This document shows positions 42,120 through 54,341 of a stretch of DNA of 64,000 nucleotides, piece after piece. Position 1 is the first letter of the stretch; each line of letters opens with the position of its first letter. A program made the translations under genes and the position numbers. The stretch comes from an uncultured Pseudomonadota bacterium (GTDB taxonomy: Bacteria; Oederibacteriota; Muellerivitia; Muellerivitales; Muellerivitaceae): assembly GCA_963843375.1 (NCBI GenBank), contig CAWJKT010000009.1, positions 160,001 through 224,000 of the forward strand, read 5' to 3'. The notes below the pieces were generated by a model. That model searched no databases. It saw only the letters and a list, made by a program, of their open reading frames with translations, and was not told the origin of the DNA.

Positions 42120-43416
42120 AACCGAAGCTCCAACTAGAATCCCTTGAGCAATTGGGCTGGCGGTTTGGACTTCAAACCATTCAGGCCCTATTGGGTGAGT
42201 TAGGCCATCCCGAATTTTCCCTCAAAGTCGTCCATGTGGCTGGTTCCAACGGCAAAGGCTCCACCTGCGCTTTCATGGCATCCTTTCTTCGGGGGCAGGG
42301 TTATAAAACAGGGCTTTACACCTCCCCCCATCTTTGCGATATCCGTGAAAGATTTCGAATCAACGGGACTTGGATTTCCGACAAAGGATTTCAAAGACAC
42401 ACTCCGAGATTGTTTTAAAAGCTTGCGAGCGGGTTGAAAAATGAAATCCGGCCATTTGCCCACTTATTTTGAGGCCTTGACCGCTATTGCATTTTCCTGG
42501 TTTCGAGGAACAAAAAGTGGATTGGCTGGTTCTCGAAGTGGGCTTGGGTGGGCGGCTTGATGCCACTAATGTGATTCCCCTGCCCCGGCTTTGCCTAATT
42601 ACCCCCATCGGGCTGGAACACCAAAATATCCTTGGAAAAACCATTCGAAAAATAGCCTGGGAAAAAGCAGGTATTCTGAAGCAAGGAAGCCTTGCGGCAA
42701 CGCTTCAATACCACCCCGAGGCGGCCAGAACCATCGAACAAACCTCCCGCGAAAAAGGAAGTAAGCTTTGGTTGTCAGGACGGGACTTTCACCATCGAAA
42801 AACCAAAGAAGGTTTTTACTGGGAGGGCCCGGGATTAAAGCACCATTTCAAATTACCTGACTTTCCGGATTACCAAGTGGACAATGCCGCCCTTGTGGTT
42901 GCGGGTATACAAGGTTTAAATCGGTTTGGGGTATTGGCGGCCCCGCAAAAAATCGAAAACGCGTTTCAAGCCATGCGCTGGCCGGGGCGGGCCGAAATGA
43001 TCCTCAAGAAACCGTTGGTTCTTCTGGACGGGGCCCATAATCCGGAAGCGGTCAAGGCGCTAAGTTCTTTTTTAAGAAGCCGTTACCCTCAAAAAAAATG
43101 GATCGTGGTTAATGGCTTTCTTAAGGACAAGGATTTCGGCGCTTGCGTGGATTTGTTAAGGCCCTTGGCCGCCTTGTCCATCGTTACTGAACCACAGAAC
43201 GGCCGGAAGAGGAACGCGGAAGAAGTTTTCGCCGCGTGGGAACGCGGGGGAGTCCACGCCCTTTTGGTGAAAGAGGCTTCCAAAGCCTTGTCGTTGGCTT
43301 TGGACAAATCTCGCACAATCGGGACGGGGATGGGCCTATTGGTTACGGGATCACTTTATTTAGTGGGAGAGTGCCGGAAATGTTTGGTGGGGTTAAAAGG
43401 GCTGACGACAATTTAA
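42116..43416 (+). CDS. folC: Folylpolyglutamate synthase/dihydrofolate synthase (apparent indels)
   Basis: [37 protein letters not shown] and TGSLYLVG motifs. Confidence 0.94.
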
Positions 43417-43457
43417 AGTCACCCGGGGGTCGTTCCAATACCGCGCCCGGTCCATGG

Positions 43458-44894
43458 TTGGATTACACAATCCTCGTCTTCCTAATTGCGTTAATTGTGA
43501 TCTTCAATGACCTATGGATAAGCGAGGAAACCCGCCCGCCCCATTGGGACATGGGCTGGCATCTTTCCAACAGCCTCGCTTACCTGGACACGCTACATTT
43601 AAGGACCTTTTACAGGCTTTGGACAAATTACCTTTTTTACCCGCCATTTCGCTATTGGACCACTCTCCCTTTTTACCTGGTTTTCGGTAAGACTGTGCGG
43701 GTGGCTGTCGATTCCAACATACTTTTCATCACTCTTTTGGCCTTTTCGATTTACGGCATCGGACGGGAATTGTGGAACCGTTGGACGGGTCTTTTGGCCT
43801 CGGTTTTCATCCTGGCCTCCCCGTTTTATGTTTCACAGTTTAAGGAGTATCAATTGGACGCCCCCCTGGGGGCCATGGTGGCTTTCAGCCTTTATCTCCT
43901 CATTAAAACAAACGATTTCTCTAAAAAAAGAACCTCCCGGTTTTTGGGCCTCTCGCTCGGGCTGGGAATGCTGACGAAGTGGGTGTTCTTTATCTGCATG
44001 GCATTCCCCCTTTTAGATGTTTTTATCCGGATCTGGAGGGAAAAACAAAATTCAAAAAAACAAAACCTCTTAAATTTCAGGGATTCGGCCGTTATCGCTT
44101 CGGTGGTTTCGCTTTTTTTCTGGTACGCCCATCATCCGCCGAAATTGCTTTATGACATGTTTCACTTTAGGATCCAGGGTGATCCGCCCGTTTATTATTG
44201 GTACTCGATTTCATACTATTGGTATCAATTGAGAGGCCAGCTTTACCTGATCCCTTTTTGCCTTTTTATTCTGGGGCTTTTGATAACCCTTTTGTGGAAG
44301 GAAGCGCGGGTCCGGAACCGCCCATTGTTGCTTTTTATCATCGGGAATTATCTCCTTTTCACCCCGCTTCATAAGGATCCGCGTTACACGATGCCAATGC
44401 TTGTGGGCGTATCCTTGATCGCGGTTTTTCCATTAGGCCTTATTAAAAATGGGGCGCTGAAAATGGGGTCATCCCTTTTGCTTTTTTTTTATTGTGTATT
44501 CTCTTTCTATTTCATCAGTTTTGGGCAAGGGGACTTGGTTTTTAAAGGAATAACCATCATGTCCGCCCATGGCTATCTCATCGGCGCGCCTACTCATGAA
44601 AATTGGCACCAGGAAGAAATGGTACAGGCCATCGCCGATTATCCCCCCGGGGAGAGGGAAGTGGCTTTCCAGGGCCCTGAAACGATGTATTTTAACGGTT
44701 GTGGCTTGTCCTATTATTCAAAGAAATATGGTGTTCAAATCAAGTCGATCGAGGAAAGGCCGGCCTTCCTATTGCTGAGAACCACAACCGAACCTTCCGT
44801 ACCCGCGGGTTACCGTTTAATTCAAAGGGACGTTTTGCCCGATGGAAGCCTCGTGGAATTGTGCAAACTAAGCGTCTCTGCGGGTTTGCCATAG
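43458..44894 (+). CDS. ArnT/PMT-like (GT39/GT83, GT-C fold) membrane glycosyltransferase
   Basis: RPPHWD..H, FYPP, YQLDAP, GMLTKW and KDPRY motifs with many TM helices. The start is approximate. Confidence 0.75.
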   Translation: MDYTILVFLIALIVIFNDLWISEETRPPHWDMGWHLSNSLAYLDTLHLRTFYRLWTNYLFYPPFRYWTTLPFYLVFGKTVRVAVDSNILFITLLAFSIYGIGRELWNRWTGLLASVFILASPFYVSQFKEYQLDAPLGAMVAFSLYLLIKTNDFSKKRTSRFLGLSLGLGMLTKWVFFICMAFPLLDVFIRIWREKQNSKKQNLLNFRDSAVIASVVSLFFWYAHHPPKLLYDMFHFRIQGDPPVYYWYSISYYWYQLRGQLYLIPFCLFILGLLITLLWKEARVRNRPLLLFIIGNYLLFTPLHKDPRYTMPMLVGVSLIAVFPLGLIKNGALKMGSSLLLFFYCVFSFYFISFGQGDLVFKGITIMSAHGYLIGAPTHENWHQEEMVQAIADYPPGEREVAFQGPETMYFNGCGLSYYSKKYGVQIKSIEERPAFLLLRTTTEPSVPAGYRLIQRDVLPDGSLVELCKLSVSAGLP

Positions 44895-46032
44895 ACAAGT
44901 CTGCAATCCCAAAAGGAAAAACTGAACATTCATGAATTGATGACTGAAGGTGTATTCGGTCAAGCCCCAAACCAGTACAGCGGAAAAGATGCATAAAAAG
45001 ACCCAGTTGAGGTCCTTCCCCTCGGTGCCGTCATATTGATATTTCAGCGCCGCCCGGTAATACCCCGCGATCCAAAAGAAATAGGCCGCCAATCCGATCC
45101 ATCCATTTTGCGCCAGGATTTGCAGAAAGTTGTTGTGGAGATGGGGAATAATCCATTCGGTGGAATTGGGATTACGGTATTTCGGAAAGACGTCTTCCAT
45201 ATTGCCCTGGCCAATTCCCCAGGGATAGTCCTTGATGATTTTAAACCCCGATGTCCAAATGAAAACCCGCTCGTTATTGGCGCTTTGGATTTGATGGTCT
45301 TTTCCGAAATGAATCCATAGATCGCCGATGCTTTTGATTCGGTCTTGGAGGCTTGAGGGCAAACAAAAGGGAAGAATTCCCAGGATGACCACCCCCGCCA
45401 GCAGCCATTTCTTATTGAAACGCCAAGCGCACAAAACAAATCCGACAATCAAGCCTAGCCAAGCGCCTCGGGTTTGGGTCAGGAGCAGGGCGGTTCCCAA
45501 AAGGGGGAACATAGCCCACCATTTGATGTTACGGGGATTATTTTTTAAGAAAAAAGCCAAAATAAGAAGAGAAACCATTAAAAGGCCGCCGAAAACCATT
45601 TTGTCTCCGGAAAAAGAATCGATCCTGTCTTGATGAAGAATAAAGTGTTTACCGATTCCAAAAATGGCACAAACGGAAGCGCCGTAAAGGAAGGCCGACA
45701 ATATCTTTTCCATTTCCTTGAAATCCAAGGCCATGGCCCCGACGGGAAAGATCATGAGAAAGGTCAGGTATTTATGGACGGTGTGGAAAGCTATTAGCGG
45801 GGTTTACGCCTAAAATGGCTCCAAGAAAAAAAGTGAACAGAAAAACCAACGTTGCGAAGGGAAAAAGTCCCTTGGGCCACTCGATTTTTTTTTTGTCCTT
45901 ATAGTGGATGAAAAGAAAAAAGGCTATCGCAATCCAAATGATATTTTGCAACGAGATCGAAGCGACCGAAGTGGCCGCGAAAGCTAGAAGCAGCCAAAAT
46001 AGAGGCCGGGTGTAGGAAAGTTGGTTTTCCAT
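44868..46032 (-). CDS. O-antigen ligase family protein (apparent indel near 45790)
   Basis: LLTQTRGAWLG, R..IW, PWGIGQG and HLHNNFLQ motifs. Confidence 0.85.
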
Positions 46033-46098
46033 CGGTTTGATTATAAAACCCCACAACCTTCTTCGGTTAAAAAACCCATAAAATAGGCCGCTTGTTCG

Positions 46099-46127
46099 TT
46101 GACAGGCCTATCCTTCAATGTTTAAAT
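46099..46127 (+). promoter_or_regulatory. Sigma70-type promoter for the ABC ATPase
   Basis: TTGACA, a 17-nt spacer and TTAAAT with an upstream TG (extended -10). Confidence 0.55.
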
Positions 46128-46287
46128 AACGGTGCTTTTGGTCGTCCGCCCCGCTGAAAACGGTTTTTTGCCGAAGCGGGATTCCCTCGGGGAGCGGTGG
46201 AAATAAGTGCCGGCGGCGAATTTGGTTCTGATCCGTTCCCGTGTTTTGCTTGAGACGGATCGGTTCCTGGTCATGGAGGATATTTAA

Positions 46288-47394
46288 ATGGCGAAAGTTG
46301 TCCTTAAAAGCGTGAATAAGGTTTACGCGAATAATGTCGTCGCGGTAAACAACGTAAATATCGAGATTGCCGATAAGGAATTTTTAGTTCTCGTGGGTCC
46401 CTCGGGTTGCGGGAAATCTACCACCCTTCGCATGGTCGCTGGCTTGGAAGAACTCTCCGGCGGTGAGATTCGTATTGACGATGTCCTAGTGAACGATGTC
46501 CCCCCCAAAGATCGCGATATCGCGATGGTCTTTCAAAATTACGCTTTGTATCCCCACATGACCGTGTTCGACAATATGGCTTTCGGGTTGAAACTTCGTA
46601 AGTATCCCAAGGAAGAAATCAAACAGCGGGTTTACGAGGCAGCCAATATTTTGGGCATTCAGGAATTGTTGAACCGCCGTCCCAAAGAACTCTCCGGCGG
46701 CCAAAGGCAGCGCGTGGCGGTTGGAAGGGCGATTGTCCGTAAACCTAAGGTTTTCCTTTTCGACGAGCCTCTTTCAAACCTGGACGCCAAGTTGCGGGTT
46801 CAGATGCGAGCCGAAATCTCCAAACTTCATACCCGCCTCCAGGCGACCATGATTTACGTTACGCACGACCAGTTGGAAGCCATGACCATGGGTGACCGGA
46901 TCGCAGTCATGAAGGACGGCTATGTCCAGCAAATTGCCGATCCCATCACTCTTTACGAAAAACCCGTCAATAAATTCGTGGCAGGTTTTATCGGAACTCC
47001 CGCCATGAATTTCATGGAAGGCACACTTAATAAGAAGCGAATGGGAATTTATTTCAACGAGGAAAACTTTGAAATTAAGCTTCCGGATAGTTTCGTCCCC
47101 TTAGTGGAGGGTCATGTCGGTCGGGAAGTCATCCTGGGGGTCCGACCGGAGGACATTCACGATAAGATGGACGCCGCCAACGCTTCTCCCGACAATACCA
47201 TCAGCGCCACGGTTGAGATTATCGAGCCTTTGGGCGCGGAAGCGTATCTCTACTTGACGACGGGCAAGAGTCCCTTTATCGCGAAGGTCGACAGTCATGA
47301 GCAAATTGAGATCAACCAGGATATTGAGTTGGTTTTCAATATGCAGAAGGCCCATATTTTCGATAAAGAAACGGAAAAGTGCCTCACTAATTGA
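46288..47394 (+). CDS. Sugar/glycerol-3-phosphate ABC transporter ATP-binding protein (MalK/UgpC/MsmX family)
   Basis: GPSGCGKST, MVFQNYALYPH, LSGGQRQR, FDEPLSNLD, YVTHDQ and a C-terminal TOBE region. Confidence 0.95.
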   Translation: MAKVVLKSVNKVYANNVVAVNNVNIEIADKEFLVLVGPSGCGKSTTLRMVAGLEELSGGEIRIDDVLVNDVPPKDRDIAMVFQNYALYPHMTVFDNMAFGLKLRKYPKEEIKQRVYEAANILGIQELLNRRPKELSGGQRQRVAVGRAIVRKPKVFLFDEPLSNLDAKLRVQMRAEISKLHTRLQATMIYVTHDQLEAMTMGDRIAVMKDGYVQQIADPITLYEKPVNKFVAGFIGTPAMNFMEGTLNKKRMGIYFNEENFEIKLPDSFVPLVEGHVGREVILGVRPEDIHDKMDAANASPDNTISATVEIIEPLGAEAYLYLTTGKSPFIAKVDSHEQIEINQDIELVFNMQKAHIFDKETEKCLTN

Positions 47395-47423
47395 CGTCGT
47401 GATTTTTTCTGCGGGTTTATTCC

Positions 47424-47455
47424 AAAAACCGGGGCGGCATTCCGCTCCGGTTTTT
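47424..47455 (+). terminator. Intrinsic terminator after the ABC ATPase
   Basis: AAAAACCGGGGCGG-CATT-CCGCTCCGGTTTTT hairpin. Confidence 0.8.
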
Positions 47456-47505
47456 GAGTTTTATGATAAATTTGACCTCTCTGAGCGTCGCGCTAAGGAG
47501 TATTC

Positions 47506-48811
47506 ATGAAAATCGCGGTGGTTGGAACTGGCTACGTAGGATTGGTCACTGGGGCTTGTTTCGCGGACTTGGGCAACATCGTGACCTGCGTGGACGTGGA
47601 CCGGGAGAAAATCCAACGACTTAAAAAAGGTCATGTCCCGCTTTTCGAGCCCGGCCTTGAAGAGATCATCCAGCGCAATCGCGGAAAAAGGCTTTTTTTT
47701 ACCACTGATTTATCCAAGGCCGTCCAAACCTCGGACTTTATTTTCATCGCCGTCAGCACTCCTGCGGGAAAAAGCGGGGAAGCCGATATCTTTAATGTCA
47801 AGGCGGTGGCCCTAGGGATAGCCAAATCCATCCATAAATACAAAATCATCATCAATAAAAGCACCGTGCCCATCGGCATGGGAGATATCGTCACCCAAAT
47901 CATCATCAAGCATGGCCCAAAGGATGTTTCATTTGACGTTGTTTCCAATCCCGAGTTTCTCAGGGAAGGCTCGGCGGTGGCCGACCTCCTTCGGCCCGAA
48001 AGGGTTGTCATCGGCGCCACCCGGCGCACCGCGGCCCAAAAGGTGGCGGAGATTTACAAGCCGCTCCATTGCCCCATCCTGATCACGGATTTAAAGAGCG
48101 CGGAAATGATCAAATACGCTTCCAACGCTTTTCTCGCAACCAAAATTTCTTTTATTAACGAAATCGCCAATCTCTGCGACAAGGTGGGGGCGGATGTCCT
48201 GCAGGTTACTCGGGGCATGAGTTACGATTCCCGGATTGGAGGCCAGTTTTTTAATCCGGGTTTGGGATTCGGAGGAAGTTGTTTTCCCAAGGATGTGGCC
48301 GCTTTGATCCATATCGGCAAGTCAAACCGATACCCTTTTCGAATCCTTCCCGACGTTCTGGAGATCAATGAAAACCAGAGGGTTTTGTTCGTGCAAAAGA
48401 TCCAAAAGACTTTGGGGAATTTAAAGGGTAAGACCCTGGCGATTTGGGGACTCTCATTTAAACCCAATACGGACGATATGCGAGAGGCGCCTTCCCTCAC
48501 GATTCTTCCTTCTCTTGCCGCTAAAGGGGCCAAAATCCGGGCTTACGACCCGGTTTCCATGGGCAAGGCCCGGAAGCTGTTTAAAAAGGTGAAATTCTGC
48601 TGAGACTGCTTATGAGGCCGCCCAGGGCGCGGACGCCGTTCTGATCCTAACGGAATGGAATGAATTTAAGCAGATTGATTTCCAAAAATTAAAGATCATC
48701 GTCCAGCAGCCAATCATCATAGACGGACGGAATATGTATGAAGCGCAGGAGATGGCGGAGAAGGGTTTTACCTATCACGGTATGGGGCGGGGCGAGGTTT
48801 CGCAGTTTTGA
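47506..48811 (+). CDS. ugd: UDP-glucose 6-dehydrogenase (apparent +1 indel near 48601)
   Basis: GTGYVGL, NPEFLREG, KYASNAFLA, GFGGSCFPKD and FKPNTDDMRE. The C-terminus (LTEWNEF...DGRN) is in a shifted frame. Confidence 0.93.
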
Positions 48812-48881
48812 ACCTTGAGTGTTTACGTTCGTCTATTGGCCGTCCGGCAGGTGCTAAGAGTTGGTTTGCGGGAGTTTCCAA

Positions 48882-49752
48882 GTGAAAATCGCTTTATTGG
48901 GTTCTACCGGGATGCTGGGTTCAAAGACCGCCGAATTTTTTAAAACTCGGGGTCATGAACTTTTGACCCCGAATCATTCCGACGCCGATTTGAGATATCC
49001 CCATACCCTTGAGAAATTTTTTCAAACCAATTCCTTCGAGGCGCTCATCAATTGCGCCGGATTCACCCGTGTGGACGCTTGCGAGGAGCCGTCCAAGTTT
49101 TCCATGGCCCTCAATACCAATGGGACTTCCGTTGGATGGCTGGCCCAATTTTGCAAAAAATCGAAAAGAATTCTTGTCCATTATTCCACGGATTATGTTT
49201 TCAACGGCTTGAAGGACAAGCCCTATGAGGAATCCGATCCCACCGACCCGCTCAATGTTTATGGGAAAACCAAACGGCAGGGTGAGAAGCTGATCGAAAT
49301 GGAAAAACCCGTTTTATTACCTTATCCGTTCTTCCTGGGTATTTGGGCCCCATGGGGATAATTTCGTCAATAAGATCGCGGGGCTTTTGAAAACACGACC
49401 TCGCTTGGAAGTGGTTTCCGACCAGGTAGGGGGGCCCACTTACACGGCTGATTTAGCTCAATTCACCCTTGAACTATTAGAAAAGAAGGCGGATCCCGGA
49501 CTTTACCATTTCGCCAACGATGGATATGTTTCCTGGTATGCCTTTGCCAAGGAAATTCAAAAACAGTTGGGGTTGTCCTCTTGTGAAATTGTTTCGGTTT
49601 TAAGTGAAAAGGTGTTCCGGCCTGCCGAGCGCCCCGCCAATTCCCGTTTCGACCTGAACAGGTCGGTCAAGGCCTTGGGACATCCCATCCGTTCATGGCA
49701 AGAAGCTTTAAGGGAATATTTGACGAAGGAATATAAAAGTGAAACGGCTTGA
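48882..49752 (+). CDS. rfbD: dTDP-4-dehydrorhamnose reductase (apparent indel near 49310)
   Basis: GSTGMLG, STDYVFNG, YGKTK, DQVGGPT and RPANS motifs. Confidence 0.9.
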
Positions 49753-50509
49753 ACTCTCGGTGGTCATCCCCGTCTATAACGAAGAATCCCGGGTGGGAGA
49801 AACCCTGGAATATTCCTTGGTCTACCTGAAAAAAAAGAAAATCCGGTCTGAAATCCTGGTGGTGGATGACGGCTCAAAGGATAAAACCCTCGAAGTGGTC
49901 AGAAAGTTTAAGACGTAAAGCCGGCGGAGGCATTGCCGTAAAAATTCTCAAGCACGAGATGAACCGGGGCAAGGGAGCCGCCGTTCAAACCGGGGCCCTG
50001 GCCGCCAAGGGCGAGACAATTCTTTTCATGGATGCGGACAACGCTACTCCTCTTTCCGAATTTGATAAATTTAGGCCTCTATTGAAAGAAGGGATCGAGG
50101 TGATCGTGGGAAGCCGGGCGGTCAACCGGAAAGAAGTTAAGATTCCCCAGCCCCTTTACCGCCAGGCTTTGGGAAGGCTGGCCAACTTGTTGATCCAGTT
50201 AATGGTGGTTCCGGGCATCTGGGACACCCAATGTGGTTTTAAGGCCTTTATCTCGAAATGCGTCCCGTCGCATATTTCCGCTTCAAACGATTAAACGTTT
50301 CGGTTTCGATTTTGAACTGCTTTTTCTCGCTCATAAGCTGGGTTTTTCCATGAGGGAAATCTCAGTGCAGTGGTTCAATTCTCCCAATTCCAAAGTGCAG
50401 GATGGGGGATTATGTCCTGACCTTCATCGAGCTTATTTCCATCCGCTGGAACGATCTCAAGGGACGCTACGAGCCCGAACTCTCCGGCGAAATAAGGACT
50501 ATCCCTTGA
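49739..50509 (+). CDS. GT2 polyprenyl-phosphate (dolichyl-P-glucose-type) glycosyltransferase (apparent indels)
   Basis: SVVIPVYNEE, VDDGSKD, NRGKGAAV, FMDAD, DTQCGFK and FGFDFE motifs. Confidence 0.85.
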
Positions 50510-51951
50510 AGTCCACCCCGACCAGGCGGCGCTCGCCGGATAGCCCATAACACCTTTTTTCTAGGGCTTAGTGAGATCGCGGCCCGTTTTTCCACTTGGG
50601 CCCTCATCGCTTTTTTGGGACGCCATTGGGCGGTTTCCCTTTACGGCCAATACGCGGTGGCGGTCAATTGGGTGGCCATTTTCGCGGTGGCCGGCGAATT
50701 GGGTTTGAATGCACTCACGGTCCGGGAGGTGGCCCACCGAAGGGGTAAAGCCTCATTTTTCCTTCGGCACGTTCTGGTCCTTCGATCCTCATTCTCCCTT
50801 CTCTTCTGGGGGCTTCTCATCGGGATTTCCCTGATGCTTCATTATGAACCCCTTCTCATCATTGGCGATGGGGGTTATGGGATTGCGGCTCATCCTGGAT
50901 TCGATGGAAGGGGGTTATGTTTATCTTTTCCAAGCCCACCAAGAAATGGGGCCCTACGCCCTGGTGAACATCTTGGGCGCGGCCATCCGGCTGGTCGGGA
51001 TTATCCTGGTCGTGTCGGCGGGGGCGCAGATCGTCGGGGCTGGTTCAATATGGGTGCTGGCGAGCGCGGTAGCACTCCTGGTGATGATGTTCCTCGGTCA
51101 TAAAAGGGGATGGAAACCCGGTCTGAAAGAATACCGTTTAAACGATTCCTGGAATGTTCTGAAGATGGCTTTTCCCTTGGCCACCTTCGGCGCATTACAA
51201 ACTCTTTATTACCGGGTGGATTCGGTCATCCTGAAAAGCTTTTCGGGCAACGAAGCGGTCGGTTTTTACGACATGGCGACGAGGGTTTTATTGTTCGCCT
51301 TGGCTCTTTCCCAACTTTACTCCCAGGCGGTTTACCCGGTTTTTTCATCAGTTCAGGACAAACCCCGCGATTTCGGACGGTTGGCCTTTAAGTGTGTTAA
51401 GTTTCTTTTCTTCCTCGGCCTTCCAATGACCGTGGGTGGATACTTTTTGGCGGGCCCTCTTTTGGTCCTGATTGCGGGCCCGCAATATGTTCCCTCGGGC
51501 CCGGCTTTTGCCGTCCTGGCCCTATCCATTCTTCCTTTTTTCATCGCCAATATTTACGTGGATATCCTGGCGGTAAAGAACACGGCCCGCCTCAACTTCC
51601 AATTCATCCTTCTGTTCTTTCCTGAACGTGGTCCTGAATTTTATCCTTATCCCTCGTTGGCAATTCGTGGGGGCGGCTTGGGCAACGGTTATCTGCGAAT
51701 ATTTGGGTGTATTCCTGGGGTTTGCCCTGGCGGCGCCTTACCTGAGACAAATGGGGAAGGTTTCGTGGCGGAGACCTCTGTGGGGTTCTTTGGCGGCCAG
51801 TTTGGTCATGGGATTGGGGCCTTATTATTCACCCCATCTTTATTGGCTTGTCTTGGGACCGATTGTTTATGCTATAGGCCTCTATTTGTTCAAAGCTCTT
51901 GAGGCCGAGGATTGGGCGAGTTTAAGGTCGATCCTGCGAATTTCAAATTAA
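50506..51951 (+). CDS. wzx: Polysaccharide flippase (Wzx/MOP family; apparent indels)
   Basis: YGQY, ELGL...VREVA, YYRVD, VGFY and LNFILIPRW..GAAWAT motifs; many TM helices. Confidence 0.85.
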
Positions 51952-51960
51952 GGAAATGGA

Positions 51961-53094
51961 ATGAAGCTCAAAGTTCTTTCGATCTTTGGAACCCGGCCCG
52001 AGGCCATCAAGATGGCTCCCGTCGTGGAGCGTCTTAAGACCGCAAAAGGCATCCAATCCTACGTTTGCGTGACTGCCCAGCACCGGCACATGCTGGATCA
52101 GGTTTTGGACCTCTTCAAAATCAAACCCGACTATGACCTGAACCTGATGAAACCCGGGCAAGACTTGACTGATATCACGACAGGGGTTTTGGTCGGTTTG
52201 AGGCCGGTTCTGAAAAAATTAAAGCCCGACCTGATCCTTGCCCAAGGGGACACCACGACGGTTTTCGCGGCTTCGTTGGCGGCCTTTTATGAAAAAATCC
52301 CAATGGGTCACGTGGAAGCCGGACTTCGCACTGGCAATGTCTTCTCGCCCTGGCCTGAGGAAATGAACCGCAAACTGGCCACCGCCATCGCCCGCCTTCA
52401 TTTCGCACCGACTCCAAAGGCCAAGGCCAATCTTTTGAGGGAAGGCGTTCCATCAAAAAACATTTTCGTGACAGGGAATACGGTCATTGACGCCCTTTTG
52501 GAAGTCGTGGCAAGGCTTAAGAAAAATCCAAATCTTCATAAGGTCCTCGCCAAGCGGTTTCCTTACCTGGATTCAAAACGCAAGCTCATCCTGGTCACCG
52601 GCCACCGGCGGGAGAACTTCGGGAAGGGTTTCGAGGATATCTGCCAGGCCCTTGGCGATTTGGCCCAAAGGAAGGATGTTCAGATCCTCTATCCGGTTCA
52701 TTTGAATCCTAACGTCCAGGCGCCGGTCAAACGTATCCTTTCCAACAACCCCCGTGTGCATCTTATTGAGCCCCAGGATTATTTACCCTTTGTGTTTTTA
52801 ATGAGCCGCGCCTATCTTATCCTCACCGACTCGGGCGGCGTGCAGGAAGAGGCGCCATCTCTGGGAAAACCCGTCCTGGTCATGCGGAATACCACCGAGC
52901 GACCCGAAGCCGTTGAAGCGGGGACCGTCCTGTTGGTAGGGACAGACCGAGGAAAAATCGTCAAGGAATCCCAAAGGCTACTGGACGAACCCAGGCGGTA
53001 CCAAAAGATGACCCGCGCCCACAATCCTTATGGTGATGGCCATGCTTCCGAAAGAATTGTGAAACATATCGTGAAATTCGGAGCTTTTCATTGA
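51961..53094 (+). CDS. wecB: UDP-N-acetylglucosamine 2-epimerase (non-hydrolysing)
   Basis: [30 protein letters not shown] and [11 protein letters not shown] motifs. Confidence 0.96.
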   Translation: MKLKVLSIFGTRPEAIKMAPVVERLKTAKGIQSYVCVTAQHRHMLDQVLDLFKIKPDYDLNLMKPGQDLTDITTGVLVGLRPVLKKLKPDLILAQGDTTTVFAASLAAFYEKIPMGHVEAGLRTGNVFSPWPEEMNRKLATAIARLHFAPTPKAKANLLREGVPSKNIFVTGNTVIDALLEVVARLKKNPNLHKVLAKRFPYLDSKRKLILVTGHRRENFGKGFEDICQALGDLAQRKDVQILYPVHLNPNVQAPVKRILSNNPRVHLIEPQDYLPFVFLMSRAYLILTDSGGVQEEAPSLGKPVLVMRNTTERPEAVEAGTVLLVGTDRGKIVKESQRLLDEPRRYQKMTRAHNPYGDGHASERIVKHIVKFGAFH

Positions 53095-54341
53095 AACTGG
53101 CCTTTAACAAGATATCGGTCATTGGTCTGGGCTACATCGGCCTGCCGACGGCGGCCACCCTGGCAAGCCGGGGGGCGGAGGTCACTGGCGTGGACGTGAA
53201 CCCCAAGGCAGTCGAAGCCATCAACCGGGGCCAAATCCATATCGTTGAACCGGACCTGGATGCTGTCGTACGCCAGGTTGTGGCGGCCGGCAAGCTAAAG
53301 GCCGTTTCCAAGCCCGAACCGGCGGAAGCTTTTATCATTGCGGTTCCGACTCCATTTAAGGGTCAACATGAACCGGATCTTTCCTATATTGAAGCGGCGG
53401 CCAATTCTATCGCCCCAGTGCTGGTCAAGGGTAACTTGGTCATCCTGGAATCCACTTCGCCGGTAGGGGCCACCGAAAAACTCTCCCTTTGGCTTTCCGA
53501 AGCACGAAAAGACCTATCCTTTCCCCATCAAAAGGGAGGTGACTCCGATATTCGTATTGCCTATTGTCCGGAAAGGGTCCTTCCAGGACACGTCTTGAAG
53601 GAAATCGTGGAAAATGATCGGGTCATCGGGGGATTGAGCGACTCCTGTTCCGAGAAGGCAAAGTCTCTTTATAAGATTTTCGTCCAGGGCGAATGTCTGG
53701 TGACCAACGCCCGAACCGCTGAGATGTGCAAGTTGACCGAAAACGCTTACCGGGACGTCAATATCGCCTTCGCCAATGAACTTTCCCTCATTTGTGAGAA
53801 GCTCAATATCAACGTGTGGGATTTGGTGCAATTGGCCAACCACCACCCCCGTGTCAAGATTCTCCAACCGGGCCCGGGCGTGGGCGGGCATTGCATCGCG
53901 GTGGATCCCTGGTTCATCGTGGATTCGGCGCCCGAACTGGCCCGGCTCATTAAGACTTCACGGGAAGTAAATGACGGGAAGCCACACCATGTGGTTGCCC
54001 TGGTGAAGGAAGCGGTCACGAATTTGAAGAACCCTACGATCGCCTGCCTGGGACTGGCCTTCAAAGCGGACATCGATGATCTGCGGGAATCGCCCGCGAT
54101 GGATATCACCCATCAACTGGCGCAGGAAAAGGTTGGAAAGCTTTTGGTGGTCGAACCCCACGTGGAGATCCTGCCTCCCTCCCTTTCCTCTTTCCCCAAC
54201 GTTCAACTGGTAGAACTGGATGAGGCTCTGAAACAATCCCAAGTAGTGCTGCTCCTTGTCAACCACCGGCCATTCTATGATGTGAGCCGCAAGGTATTGG
54301 AGGGCAAGAAAGTCATCGACACCCGGGGGGTCTGGCGGTGA
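53091..54341 (+). CDS. wecC: UDP-N-acetyl-D-mannosamine dehydrogenase
   Basis: [30 protein letters not shown] and DDLRESP motifs; follows wecB. Confidence 0.94.
   Translation: MKLAFNKISVIGLGYIGLPTAATLASRGAEVTGVDVNPKAVEAINRGQIHIVEPDLDAVVRQVVAAGKLKAVSKPEPAEAFIIAVPTPFKGQHEPDLSYIEAAANSIAPVLVKGNLVILESTSPVGATEKLSLWLSEARKDLSFPHQKGGDSDIRIAYCPERVLPGHVLKEIVENDRVIGGLSDSCSEKAKSLYKIFVQGECLVTNARTAEMCKLTENAYRDVNIAFANELSLICEKLNINVWDLVQLANHHPRVKILQPGPGVGGHCIAVDPWFIVDSAPELARLIKTSREVNDGKPHHVVALVKEAVTNLKNPTIACLGLAFKADIDDLRESPAMDITHQLAQEKVGKLLVVEPHVEILPPSLSSFPNVQLVELDEALKQSQVVLLLVNHRPFYDVSRKVLEGKKVIDTRGVWR

Noticed and set aside
43236..43457. Long N-terminal extensions given by the ORF track (also at 27450, 31777, 57235 and 60594)
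   Set aside because: They overlap upstream genes in another frame. Downstream starts with an RBS or stop/start coupling fit better; the 43458 start is only approximate.
48601..48603. TGA inside ugd as stop readthrough, selenocysteine or an alternative genetic code
   Set aside because: The downstream ugd sequence continues in the +1 frame, not the same frame, so this is a one-base insertion. TGA is used as a normal stop elsewhere in the window.
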